Source: Thermoplasmatales archaeon SW_10_69_26 (GTDB lineage: Archaea > Thermoplasmatota > SW-10-69-26). Taken from it: 33,321 nucleotides of DNA. Below, piece after piece: positions 18,261-26,450 of the stretch. Below the pieces are notes generated by a model. It saw only the letters and a list, made by a program, of their open reading frames with translations, ran no database searches and was not told where the DNA came from. Position numbers and translations under genes: made by a program. Position 1 is the stretch's first letter. Each line of letters opens with the position of its first letter. Location of the stretch: positions 1 through 33,321 of the forward strand of contig PXUB01000011.1 in assembly GCA_003009755.1 (NCBI GenBank). The letters are read 5' to 3'.

Positions 18261-18784
18261 TAGCCTGCCGGACGTTATCTGCTCAAGTCTCGCCGCCCTC
18301 AGAGGTTCGAAGGCGCGGAGCGGGACCGAAGGTCTGCCCGGATCAAAGATCCGGGCTCTCCCGAGGATCCGCCCTGCGGGCAGGGATCCTCGGGACTTGC
18401 CCCGAAGGGCAAGTCGAGGGATTCGCGACAACGCCTGCCACAGGGCCAACCGCGGAAACGACGTCATCGGGCGTCCGAGCAAGCCCCCCTTGTGTGGGGC
18501 TTGCGAGCTGTACGAGCCGCCCCGGGCGGCTCGTGCTTGTGAGGTCGGCCTCGCGGAGAGGCGCAGCACGGATCGACGATCCGTACGCGCCACAGACGGC
18601 CGGTGGCCGTCTCTGGCGCCGGCGTGAGGCGCCCCATCTCGTTGTCGCGCCCGGAGATCTCGCCCGAGGGCGATCTCCGGCGCGTCCGAACCCCCTGTGG
18701 GACGGCCGGAGCCTCGTCGGCGTTCGCCGTCTTGGAGCTGCTCGCCGAGGGGTCCGAGGGCCCTCGCCCGTGGCCGTCGGCGGG
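18261..18784. ncRNA. Large, highly structured non-coding element of unknown family (copy 1); structured RNA or ssDNA element
   Basis: About ten hairpins (e.g. 18336-18356, 18359-18395, 18394-18415, 18479-18504, 18510-18536, 18568-18584, 18589-18617, 18651-18680). Long-range helices 18424-18433/18640-18649 (perfect 10 bp) and 18296-18317/18681-18701. No credible ORF. Homologous blocks recur from 33152. Confidence 0.6.
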
Positions 18785-18790
18785 AACACC

Positions 18791-18796
18791 TTTAAG
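18791..18796 (+). promoter_or_regulatory. TATA-like box upstream of aRF1
   Basis: TTTAAG immediately after the structured element, about 100 nt upstream of the aRF1 ATG. Confidence 0.55.
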
Positions 18797-18893
18797 GGGC
18801 TCCACATTCAGGAGGAGATGGATGCCCTGCGTCCGTCGCCGTCCCCGTTGACGAGCGGCCCGGGCCAGGGACGCCACCTTCTGGGGGTCCTGC

Positions 18894-20147
18894 ATGGCCA
18901 GCGACGAAGAGCAGAGCGAGCAACGTGCCCGCTACGAGTTCAAACGCATCCTCGAGGACCTCGAGGGCGTCCGGGGCAGAGGCACGGAGCTCGTGTCCCT
19001 GTACGTGACCCCGGACAAGAACCTCAACGACGTCCGCAACCAGATCTCCAGCGAGATCGGCGAGGCCCAGAACATCAAGTCTAAGTCCACGCGCAAGAAC
19101 GTGACCTCGGCGCTCGAGGTCATCGAGGGCGCGCTCAAGAACTACAAGCAGACGCCCGAGAACGGGCTCGTGTTCCTCGTCGGCCACAAGTCCGCCAAGG
19201 GCGATACAACCGAGATGGTCCGCCACGTCCTCGAGCCGCCCCAACCCGTGCCGGTCAACCTCTACCGCTGCGACAACACCTTCCACCTCGACCCGCTGGC
19301 GGGCATGATCGAGGACGCCGACGCCTACGGGCTCGTCGTCATCGACCGCTCGGAGGCCTCGATCGGGGTCTTGCGAGGCGAGCACGTCGAGACGCTGCGC
19401 CACACCCAGTCGATGGTCCCCAGCAAGCACACCGCCGGCGGGCAATCGCAGCAACGCTTCGAGCGCCTGATCGAGGAGGCCGCTCAAACCTACTTCCGAG
19501 ACGTCGCCGAGCAGGTCAACGAGCTGCTGTGGACCCGACGCGACAAGGAGATCCAAGGCCTGCTTGTCGGGGGCCCCGGCCACACGAAGGACGAGTGGCT
19601 GAAGACCGGCGAGCTCCACCACGAGCTCGAGAAGAAGCTCGTCGACACCTTCGACACCGGGTACGCCGACGAGTACGGGCTCAGCGAGCTCGTCGACCAG
19701 GCCCACGACACGCTCGAACAGCGAGGCCTGACGCGCGAGAAGGACCTCGTGGACGAGTTCCTCGCCGAGGTCCGCCAGGAGGGCGGCAAGTTCAGCTACG
19801 GGGAGGACCAGGTCCGCAAGCGCCTGCGGATGGGCGCCGTCGAGACGCTGTTGCTCTCCGAGTCCCTGCGACGCATCCGGGCCGACCTCGTCTGCCCCGA
19901 GTGCGAGCACCGGTTCCAGCGCACCACCGACGAACCCGATCAGTTCCGTCCCTCGCCCGCCGCCTGTCCCGAGTGCGGCGAGGAAGCCGAGATCGAGGCG
20001 GAGACCGACGTCGTGGCCGAGCTCACCGAGCTGGCCGACCAGCGAGGCACCGACGTCGAGCTGATCAGCGAGCAAAGCGAACAGGGCCAGATGCTCGTCA
20101 ACGCGTTCGGCGGCGTGGCCGCGATCCTTCGCTTCCGCATCAGCTGA
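18894..20147 (+). CDS. prf1: Peptide chain release factor aRF1 (eRF1 family)
   Basis: GRGTELVSLY, NIKS, YRCDNTF and GGQSQQRFER motifs; C-terminal CPEC..CPEC zinc-ribbon insert; FGGVAAILRF. Confidence 0.98.
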   Translation: MASDEEQSEQRARYEFKRILEDLEGVRGRGTELVSLYVTPDKNLNDVRNQISSEIGEAQNIKSKSTRKNVTSALEVIEGALKNYKQTPENGLVFLVGHKSAKGDTTEMVRHVLEPPQPVPVNLYRCDNTFHLDPLAGMIEDADAYGLVVIDRSEASIGVLRGEHVETLRHTQSMVPSKHTAGGQSQQRFERLIEEAAQTYFRDVAEQVNELLWTRRDKEIQGLLVGGPGHTKDEWLKTGELHHELEKKLVDTFDTGYADEYGLSELVDQAHDTLEQRGLTREKDLVDEFLAEVRQEGGKFSYGEDQVRKRLRMGAVETLLLSESLRRIRADLVCPECEHRFQRTTDEPDQFRPSPAACPECGEEAEIEAETDVVAELTELADQRGTDVELISEQSEQGQMLVNAFGGVAAILRFRIS

Positions 20148-20197
20148 CCGGTGCGCGAACCGGTCAGTTGAAGACCCCGACGGGGACTGGCGCGCCC

Positions 20198-20920
20198 GTG
20201 CTCGCCGTCGACGCGCTCAGGATCCTGACCGGCGCCTCGATCCTCACCTTCGCCGCCGCCTGCGACATCAAGTGGCGGCGCGCACCCGACGCCGCCTGGG
20301 GGGTGATGGCGGGCATCGGTGCCGTGCTCCTCGGCGTCCAGGCGTGGCTGGAACCAGCGTTCGTCGCCACCTACCTCCCCTCCCTCCTGACGGCCGGCAT
20401 CGTCGCCGTGCTCGCCATCGTCGGCTACCTCGGCGGGCTGATCGCCGGTGGCGCCGACGCCAAGGCCCTCGTCAGCCTCTCCATCCTGGCCCCGGTGCCG
20501 TTGGACGTGGTATGGACGGTGCCGCTCGAGAGCATCCTGCCCCTCGTCGTCACCGCGATCGCCAACGGGCTCGTCGTCGGGTTGGCCGTGCCCATCGCCC
20601 TGCTGTTCGTCAACCTGGCTCGCGGGGACGTCGACGGCTGGCGGACCCTGCTCGCCACGCGCGCCCCGACCGAGAACGTGCGCGAGCGGGTGACCTGGCC
20701 GCTGGAGTACGTCGACGAGGAGGGCGAGCTCGTGACCGTCACGATGCCCGGCAACGTGCCGGTCGACGGTTTCGACCGCGACGCGGTCCTCGACGCCGGA
20801 CGCGAACGGGTGTGGGTCTCGCCCAAGATCCCGTTCCTGGTGCCCTTGACCTTCGGGTTCGCGATCAGCGTGATTCTCGGCGACCCGCTGGCGGCCGGTC
20901 TAAGGCTCCTCCTCGCCTGA
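20198..20920 (+). CDS. A24 family prepilin/prearchaellin peptidase (PibD/FlaK-like)
   Basis: ACDIKWRRAPD (first catalytic Asp), IAGGADAKAL (GxD) and VWVSPKIPFLVP; multiple transmembrane segments. GTG start at 20198 inside the longer ORF call. Confidence 0.9.
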   Translation: MLAVDALRILTGASILTFAAACDIKWRRAPDAAWGVMAGIGAVLLGVQAWLEPAFVATYLPSLLTAGIVAVLAIVGYLGGLIAGGADAKALVSLSILAPVPLDVVWTVPLESILPLVVTAIANGLVVGLAVPIALLFVNLARGDVDGWRTLLATRAPTENVRERVTWPLEYVDEEGELVTVTMPGNVPVDGFDRDAVLDAGRERVWVSPKIPFLVPLTFGFAISVILGDPLAAGLRLLLA

Positions 20921-21811
20921 GGGCTCCATCGCCGTCTCGTCCTCGGCGGGGGCATCCTCGTCGACGCGTGTCAGCGTCTTGATCTCGCGCGTGCTACCGT
21001 CCTCGGGCGTGACGCCCAGCTTGGCCACGCACAGATCGCCGGGCTTGGCGTCCTCGGGGGCGCGCACCATCATGTAGACGGTCCGGTCCTCGTCGGGCCC
21101 CAGCTCGAGGCTGGGCAGCGTCGTCAAGGCGCTCCAGCCCTCTTGGACGTCGGTGACCTCGAGTTCGACCTGCACGGCATCCGAGCCCTCGTTCTCCAGC
21201 TCAATCGGGTAGCTCGTGCCCCGGCCGGGCTGCACGTCGCGCTCGCTGTCCTCGCAGGCCGCCCCGACCCGGGGCTGGCGGTTGCGGTAGACGACGGGCA
21301 CGCCGACGACCGTGCCGGCCACGATCGCTCCGAACACGATCCACGCGACGGGCAGGCCGCCACCGTCGCCGCCCTCGGCCACCGGTGCGTGCGTGAACGC
21401 CAGCGAGACCGTCTGCGTCGACTGGCCACCCGAGTTCGGGACGTCGCACCCGTAGTCCTGAACGTTGGCCTGCAGCTGGGCGTCCCGCTCGACGTCGCCC
21501 TCGAAGCGGACGTCGACGTCGATCTCCTGGGTCTCCCCGGAGGCGATGCTGACGGGCTGTTCGGTGGGTGTCCAGTACCAACCGCTCGGGAGCGGGGACG
21601 TGATCCGGAAGGTGCCGTCGGCCTCGAAGTCACCGGTGTTCTCGGCCACGAACGTGTAGGTCCGTTGCTCCCCGGGATCGAAGGGTCCCTGGGGGAGGTC
21701 GTCGGCTGCCGACAGGGTGAGCTCGCAGTTGCCCTGTTCGAGCTGGGCCGCCGCCCCCATGGGAGCCAGCACGGCCACGGCTAGCCCCAGCGCGATCCCG
21801 AGGTTCCGCAT
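20900..21811 (-). CDS. Single-pass membrane protein with COG1470/NPCBM-associated-like Ig domains on both sides of the transmembrane helix
   Basis: Signal peptide from ATG 21811; PGEQRTYTFVAENTG..LPSGW; transmembrane segment VAWIVFGAIVAGTVVGVPVVY; then PGRGTSYPIELENEG..EGW..LELGP..VRAPEDAKPG. Confidence 0.75.
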   Translation of the reverse strand: MRNLGIALGLAVAVLAPMGAAAQLEQGNCELTLSAADDLPQGPFDPGEQRTYTFVAENTGDFEADGTFRITSPLPSGWYWTPTEQPVSIASGETQEIDVDVRFEGDVERDAQLQANVQDYGCDVPNSGGQSTQTVSLAFTHAPVAEGGDGGGLPVAWIVFGAIVAGTVVGVPVVYRNRQPRVGAACEDSERDVQPGRGTSYPIELENEGSDAVQVELEVTDVQEGWSALTTLPSLELGPDEDRTVYMMVRAPEDAKPGDLCVAKLGVTPEDGSTREIKTLTRVDEDAPAEDETAMEPSGEEEP

Positions 21812-21952
21812 AGCTCCCTCACGACGAACCGCCAGCTTAAGGCCTTCGCAACGTCCCATCTCCCGGTCCGGCCCGATCCGCGCTCCTCGGGCGGAAGTTT
21901 CGGCTCACCCTGCAAGCAGGATACTTGCCTTCACGGGCGGGCAATAGCTGCG

Positions 21953-24199
21953 ATGGCTGTGGCCACCGAGGGGTTCGCGCTCGCCGAAGCCGAGGAACGG
22001 CCCTACCAGACGACGATCGCCCGCCAGTGCTATGGCCGCAACAGCCTGATCGTCCTCCCGACCGGGCTCGGGAAGACGATCATCTGCGCGCTCATCGCGG
22101 CACGCTACGTCGACGACGGGGAGCGCGTGCTCGTCGTCGCCCCGACACGGCCGCTCGTCGACCAGCACGCCGAGACCTTCCGCGAACAGCTGCCCGAGGC
22201 CGACGTCCGCGCCGTCACCGGCGACGACCGCCCCGCGGACCGCGGGGACCTTTGGACCGAGACCGACATCGCCGTGGCCACGCCCCACGTCGTCCGCAAC
22301 GACCTCTACGCCGACCGCGTCGATCCGGCCACCTGGGGCCTGCTCGTCGTCGACGAAGCCCACCGCGCCGTCGGGAACTACGCCGCCGTCCCCGTCGCCC
22401 ACCGCCTCCGCGAGGAGGGTTGCCGCATCCTCGGCGCCACCGCCTCGCCCGGCAGCGACGTCGACCGGATCGAGGAGGTCTGCCAGACGCTGGGCATCCA
22501 GCACATCGAAGCCCGGGGCCGGTGGGACGACGACGTGGAACCCTACGTCGAGCCGGTCTCGATCGAGTGGGTCCGCGTCGGGCTCCCCAACACGCTCGAG
22601 GAAGCCGCCGCCAAGCTGCGCGAGACGGCCGAGGACCACGTCGACGAGCTGCGCTCCACGGGCCTGTACAGTTCACGGTTCCTCAAACGCGGCCCCCTGC
22701 TCGAGCTGCGGGAGGAGCTGCGTGGCCGCCTCGAGGAGGACCGCACGCGCTCGATCTCGGACGCCCTCGACCACGTCGGGCGCGCGCTCAAGCTCCTCCA
22801 CGGCGTCAAACTCGTCGAGACCCAGAGCACCGCCGCCGCCCGCGAGTACCTGGAAGACATCGCCAACGAACGGGACCAACGGCCCCCCGAAGCTTTCCGC
22901 GACGCCCGCCGGCTGCTCGACGGCTACATGGGCGAGCACCCCAAGATGCGCCGATGCGCCTCCGAGCTCGAGAACACCGTCGCCGACGGCGGCCGCGCGC
23001 TCGTGTTCGTCCAGACTCGCGAGACGGCCAGCGCTCTCGCCGACGCCCTCGACGAACGCCACCGCCTCGACGCCGACCTCTTCGTCGGCCAAGGCGGCGA
23101 GGACGGGCTCACCCAGGACGAACAGCTCGAGCGCATCGAGGCCTTCCGCGAGGGCGAGACCAACGTCCTCGTCTCCACCAGCGTCGGCGAGGAAGGCCTC
23201 GACATCCCCGACGTCGACCTCGTCGTCTTCTACGAGGCCGTCGCCAGCGCCATCCGATCGATCCAGCGCCGCGGCCGCACCGGCCGCGATGCACGCGGCC
23301 GCGTCGTCGTCCTCATGGCCCGCGGCACCTCCGACGAGGCCGCCTACTGGACCGCCAACCGCCGCGAACAGCGGATGCGCGAACTCGTCCGCGAGCTCCA
23401 GGCGAACGGTGAGGATCCGGACCCCGTCATCCGCGAGAACCCCTCGACGCCCACGACCCACGAAGACGCAGACGAACCGCACATCATCGTCGACCACCGC
23501 GAGCTCAACGGGACGATGGCTCGCCTGCTCTCCCAGGAAGGCCTCTCGATGGAGCCCTCGACGGTCGGCGTCGGCGACCTCATCGTCTCCGAACGCGTCG
23601 TCGTCGAACGCAAGACGCCCGAGGACTTCGTGGAGAGCATCATCGACGGACGGCTCATGGACCAGGCCCGCACGCTGAAGAAGAACTACGAGGCCCCGAT
23701 CGTCGTCGTCGAAGGCGATCCCTTCGCGACGCGCTTGGACGTCTCGGATGCGGCTATCTCCGGGGCGATCGCCGCGCTCGGCAGCTCGTTCAAGGTGCCG
23801 GTCCTCACCGTCGAAGACACCCGGCGCGCGGCCGACATCGTGGCCGCGATCGCCCGCCGCGAGCACGATGAGGGCTCCGGGCCGCCCAAGCTCCGCCACG
23901 AGACCGGCGGCCGCAGCCTCCCGGAGAAGCAGCAGTTCGTGCTCGAGGGCCTGCCCAACGTCTCGTCCACGCTGGCCCGCCGCCTGCTCGAGCACTTCGG
24001 CTCCCCCGCGGAAGCCCTATCCGCCAGCGAGGAGGAGCTGGAACGGGTCCGCGGCATCGGTCCCACGACGGCAACGGCCATACACGAGGTGCTGCATGAG
24101 CGCACCGAGACCCCGTGGCCGACCGAGAGCTCACCGTCCACCCCTCCCCCGGCGAGCACAACGCCCTCTGGTACTGGGCAGGGGAAGTCGGTTTCCTGA
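21953..24199 (+). CDS. hef: Hef: DEAH helicase fused to an ERCC4/XPF nuclease
   Basis: LPTGLGKT, DEAH, GATASPG, TSVGEEGLDIP and IQRRGRTGR; IIVDHRE, GDLIVS..VERKT nuclease motifs; tandem HhH (LPNVS, VRGIGP). Confidence 0.95.
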   Translation: MAVATEGFALAEAEERPYQTTIARQCYGRNSLIVLPTGLGKTIICALIAARYVDDGERVLVVAPTRPLVDQHAETFREQLPEADVRAVTGDDRPADRGDLWTETDIAVATPHVVRNDLYADRVDPATWGLLVVDEAHRAVGNYAAVPVAHRLREEGCRILGATASPGSDVDRIEEVCQTLGIQHIEARGRWDDDVEPYVEPVSIEWVRVGLPNTLEEAAAKLRETAEDHVDELRSTGLYSSRFLKRGPLLELREELRGRLEEDRTRSISDALDHVGRALKLLHGVKLVETQSTAAAREYLEDIANERDQRPPEAFRDARRLLDGYMGEHPKMRRCASELENTVADGGRALVFVQTRETASALADALDERHRLDADLFVGQGGEDGLTQDEQLERIEAFREGETNVLVSTSVGEEGLDIPDVDLVVFYEAVASAIRSIQRRGRTGRDARGRVVVLMARGTSDEAAYWTANRREQRMRELVRELQANGEDPDPVIRENPSTPTTHEDADEPHIIVDHRELNGTMARLLSQEGLSMEPSTVGVGDLIVSERVVVERKTPEDFVESIIDGRLMDQARTLKKNYEAPIVVVEGDPFATRLDVSDAAISGAIAALGSSFKVPVLTVEDTRRAADIVAAIARREHDEGSGPPKLRHETGGRSLPEKQQFVLEGLPNVSSTLARRLLEHFGSPAEALSASEEELERVRGIGPTTATAIHEVLHERTETPWPTESSPSTPPPASTTPSGTGQGKSVS

Positions 24200-24654
24200 C
24201 GGTCGTGGCGAACTACGTCCTGATGGCGTTGGCCCGCCTCAGCCCGTCGTTGCAGGTCAAGAACTGGCTGTATCGCCGGATGGGGATCGACGTCGGCGAC
24301 CACGTCAGCGTCGGGTTGGAGGCCACGATGGACGTGTTCTTCCCAGAGCTGATCTCGATCGGGGCCGATTCCATCGTCGGGTTCGACAGCGTCATCCTCT
24401 GCCACGAGTTCCTCGCCGACGAGTACCGCACCGGGCCCGTCGAGATCGGCGAGGGCGTCTCGATCGGTGCCAACGTCACGATTCTCCCCGGGGTCGAGAT
24501 CGGGGATGGCGCCACCGTCTCCGCACACAGCCTCGTCAACTGCGACGTCCCAGCCGGCGCCTTCTACGGCGGCGTCCCCGCCCGCCCGCTCGACGACGCC
24601 GACGGGGGTGAGCCCGAGGAGGCCGGGGCCTTTTCCGGCCAGGACACCCGTTGA
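24115..24654 (+). CDS. Hexapeptide-repeat (left-handed beta-helix) acyltransferase
   Basis: KNWLYRRMG, DVFFPELISIG..ILCHEF..GPVEIGEGVSIGANVTILPGVEIGDGATVSAHSLV..GVPARP. GAGGTG SD before ATG 24115. Confidence 0.9.
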   Translation: MADRELTVHPSPGEHNALWYWAGEVGFLTVVANYVLMALARLSPSLQVKNWLYRRMGIDVGDHVSVGLEATMDVFFPELISIGADSIVGFDSVILCHEFLADEYRTGPVEIGEGVSIGANVTILPGVEIGDGATVSAHSLVNCDVPAGAFYGGVPARPLDDADGGEPEEAGAFSGQDTR

Positions 24655-24761
24655 CCATGCGCATGTTGGGAAAACACTATGTATAAGGCTCGGATACCGC
24701 TTTGATTACCAGCCGTCCCAACGTTACCTTCCTGTAGCGCTTGGACAGCGAGGTGGTCGTC

Positions 24762-25025
24762 ATGGATTCTGAAGAGGAGCGCCTCCGACAGGTTACGACC
24801 GTGATCGATCAGTTGATCGAAGACAACTCCGTCCCCCGGAACATCCGGAGAGGGGCTGAAGACGCTAAGGAGCGTCTCCTCAACGAGGACGAAGCCCTCG
24901 ACGTTCGCGTGGCGGGGGCAGTAAGCACCCTCGACGATCTCGCGAACGACCCCAACATCCCTCTGCACGGTCGCACCGTCATCTGGAACATCATCAGCGG
25001 TCTCGAGTCGATCTCCGCGAAGTAG
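24762..25025 (+). CDS. UPF0147 family protein
   Basis: DNSVPRNIRR..A, LDDLANDPNIPLHGRTVIWNIISGLE; GAGGTGG SD before ATG 24762. Confidence 0.92.
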   Translation: MDSEEERLRQVTTVIDQLIEDNSVPRNIRRGAEDAKERLLNEDEALDVRVAGAVSTLDDLANDPNIPLHGRTVIWNIISGLESISAK

Positions 25026-25089
25026 GCCCCATCGTCTACCGGCGGATTTTTAGGGAGATGGCATTTTCGCCCTGACAGAGGTGGTATCG

Positions 25090-25251
25090 ATGATCATCAA
25101 CAAGAGCAGGGTGAAAGAGGCAGCCGGCGACTTCCGTGTGAGCAGTGACTTCTACGAGGCCCTCGACGCGTTCCTCGTCGAGGAGATCGACAAGGCCAAG
25201 GAGCGCGCCGACGAGAACGGCCGCTCCACCCTGATGCCCTACGACGTCTGA
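25090..25251 (+). CDS. Short archaeal histone-fold protein, 53 aa (DUF1931 / face-to-face alpha3-truncated type)
   Basis: Hand translation: MIINKSRVKEAAGDFRVSSDFYEALDAFLVEEIDKAKERADENGRSTLMPYDV. Contains the histone RVS and RA..NGRxT...D motifs; GAGGTGG SD. Below the ORF-track size cut-off. Confidence 0.9.
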   Translation: MIINKSRVKEAAGDFRVSSDFYEALDAFLVEEIDKAKERADENGRSTLMPYDV

Positions 25252-25271
25252 TCGCCGGGCATCACCCGATC

Positions 25272-25341
25272 GTCGGCCTCACCGGCTGACCCCTCTCCTC
25301 TTCCTTCTTCTTCGATACCGGTCAGCACCGCCCAGGCCGAC
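25272..25341 (+). terminator. Pyrimidine tract inside a stem-loop downstream of the histone gene
   Basis: GTCGGCCT/AGGCCGAC and GCTGACC/GGTCAGC stems enclose the tract CCTCTCCTCTTCCTTCTTCTTC. Confidence 0.45.
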
Positions 25342-25433
25342 CGATGAGTCCCGCGGCTGTCTGAGAGCGGACTGGCCCCCCGACCGCCGCGGATCCTCCA
25401 GGATGCCGCTGGCGCTAGCGATGCCCGGATTCC

Positions 25434-25489
25434 GTACGGACCTCGCTATCGCTCGGTCCGTACTCGCACGCGAGCCGAGCGAACGCTCG
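25434..25489. repeat. Cluster of three short palindromes (REP-like) between convergent genes
   Basis: GTACGGACC/GGTCCGTAC around TCGCTATCGCTC, then CTCGC-AC-GCGAG and CGAGC-GAAC-GCTCG. Confidence 0.45.
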
Positions 25490-25496
25490 TCCCTCC

Positions 25497-26450
25497 TCAG
25501 TCCCGGATACCCTCGTTCTCGATCTGGAACACCGACTCGCCCTCGGGCAGGTTGGGCGCGTCGATCAGGCGCGCGATGCGTTTCCCGCCGCGGGACTTGC
25601 GGAGGTAGACGCGGTAGGTGGCGGTGTGGCCGACGATGTGGCCCCCGATCGGGCGCGTGGGGTCGCCGAAGTAGGCGTCGGGCTTCGACATCACCTGGTT
25701 CGTGACGGCGACGGCGGCGTTGTTGACGTCGCTGAACCGCAGGATGTCGTGCATGAACTTGTTGAGCTTCTGCTGGCGCTCGGCCAGGTTCCCGCGGCCG
25801 ACGTACTCGGCGCGGAAGTGGCTGGTGAGGCTGTCCACGATCAGGCAGCGAACGTCGTTGTCGCTCTCCTTGGCCAGGTCCAGGGCCTCGTCGGCGAGCA
25901 GCATCTGGTGGTGGCTGTTGAACGCGCGAGCCACGTGGATGTTCTCGAGCGCGTCCTCGGGATCGATGCCGACACCCTCGGCCATCTGAGCGACGCGCTC
26001 GGGTCGGAAGGTGTTCTCCGTGTCGATGATGATCGTGTCGCCACCGAGCCCCCCCTCCTCCTCGGGGAGCTGGGTGCTGACGGCGAGCTGCAGCACGACC
26101 TGGGTCTTCCCTGACCCGTACTCGCCGAAGAACTCGGTGATCGACTGCGTCTCGATGCCGCCACCCATGAGATCGTCGAAGTTCTCGGATCCCGTGGTGA
26201 CCTTCGAGATGTCCTTGCGACGGTCCATGATGTCGGTGCCGGTCTCGAAGCCACCGACGTCGGCCTGCTCGCGGGCAGCTTGGATGATCCGGACGCTGGC
26301 GGCTTCCCCGACCTCGGCGGTGTCGGAGAGGACCGAGGGGCTGGCCACGGCGATGGCCAACATGTCGTCGAAGCCGGCATCGGTCAGCTTCTCAGCTGTC
26401 GCGGGCCCGACACCGGGCAGCTCCTGGAGGTCTTCTTCGTTGTCGGCCAT
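25497..26450 (-). CDS. radA: DNA repair and recombination protein RadA
   Basis: N-terminal Hh[64 protein letters not shown] and [12 protein letters not shown]. Confidence 0.98.
   Translation of the reverse strand: MADNEEDLQELPGVGPATAEKLTDAGFDDMLAIAVASPSVLSDTAEVGEAASVRIIQAAREQADVGGFETGTDIMDRRKDISKVTTGSENFDDLMGGGIETQSITEFFGEYGSGKTQVVLQLAVSTQLPEEEGGLGGDTIIIDTENTFRPERVAQMAEGVGIDPEDALENIHVARAFNSHHQMLLADEALDLAKESDNDVRCLIVDSLTSHFRAEYVGRGNLAERQQKLNKFMHDILRFSDVNNAAVAVTNQVMSKPDAYFGDPTRPIGGHIVGHTATYRVYLRKSRGGKRIARLIDAPNLPEGESVFQIENEGIRD

Noticed and set aside
18416-18495. RNase P RNA-like words in the structured element (TGCCACAG, GGAAACG, GAGCAAG; minus-strand ACACAAGGGGGGCTT)
   Set aside because: The universal CR-I GAGGAAA(G/C)UCC and a matching CR-V/P4 partner are absent on both strands, and a second homologous copy argues against a single-copy RNase P gene. 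An Rfam scan should still confirm this.
18261-18784. SRP (7S) RNA, group I/II intron or CRISPR array as the identity of the element
   Set aside because: No helix-8 GGCCCGGAAGGGAGCA-type motif, no domain V or P7 consensus, no interrupted host gene, and no direct repeats with spacers.
18261-18784. Classical MITE with terminal inverted repeats
   Set aside because: The reverse complement of the conserved end (ACGTCCGGCAGGCTA) is not found at the far end; only an imperfect 10-nt pairing exists, and no target-site duplication is visible.
18023-18895. ORF-track calls across the structured gap (18186-18593, 18343-18807, 18397-18627, 18464-18895, 18603-18851)
   Set aside because: Arg/Pro/Ala-rich, not acidic, without the genome's codon pattern; better explained by GC-rich palindromic non-coding DNA.
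25341-25375. Hammerhead-like CCGATGAGTC
   Set aside because: The core should read CTGATGA with a downstream GAAA; both conditions fail.
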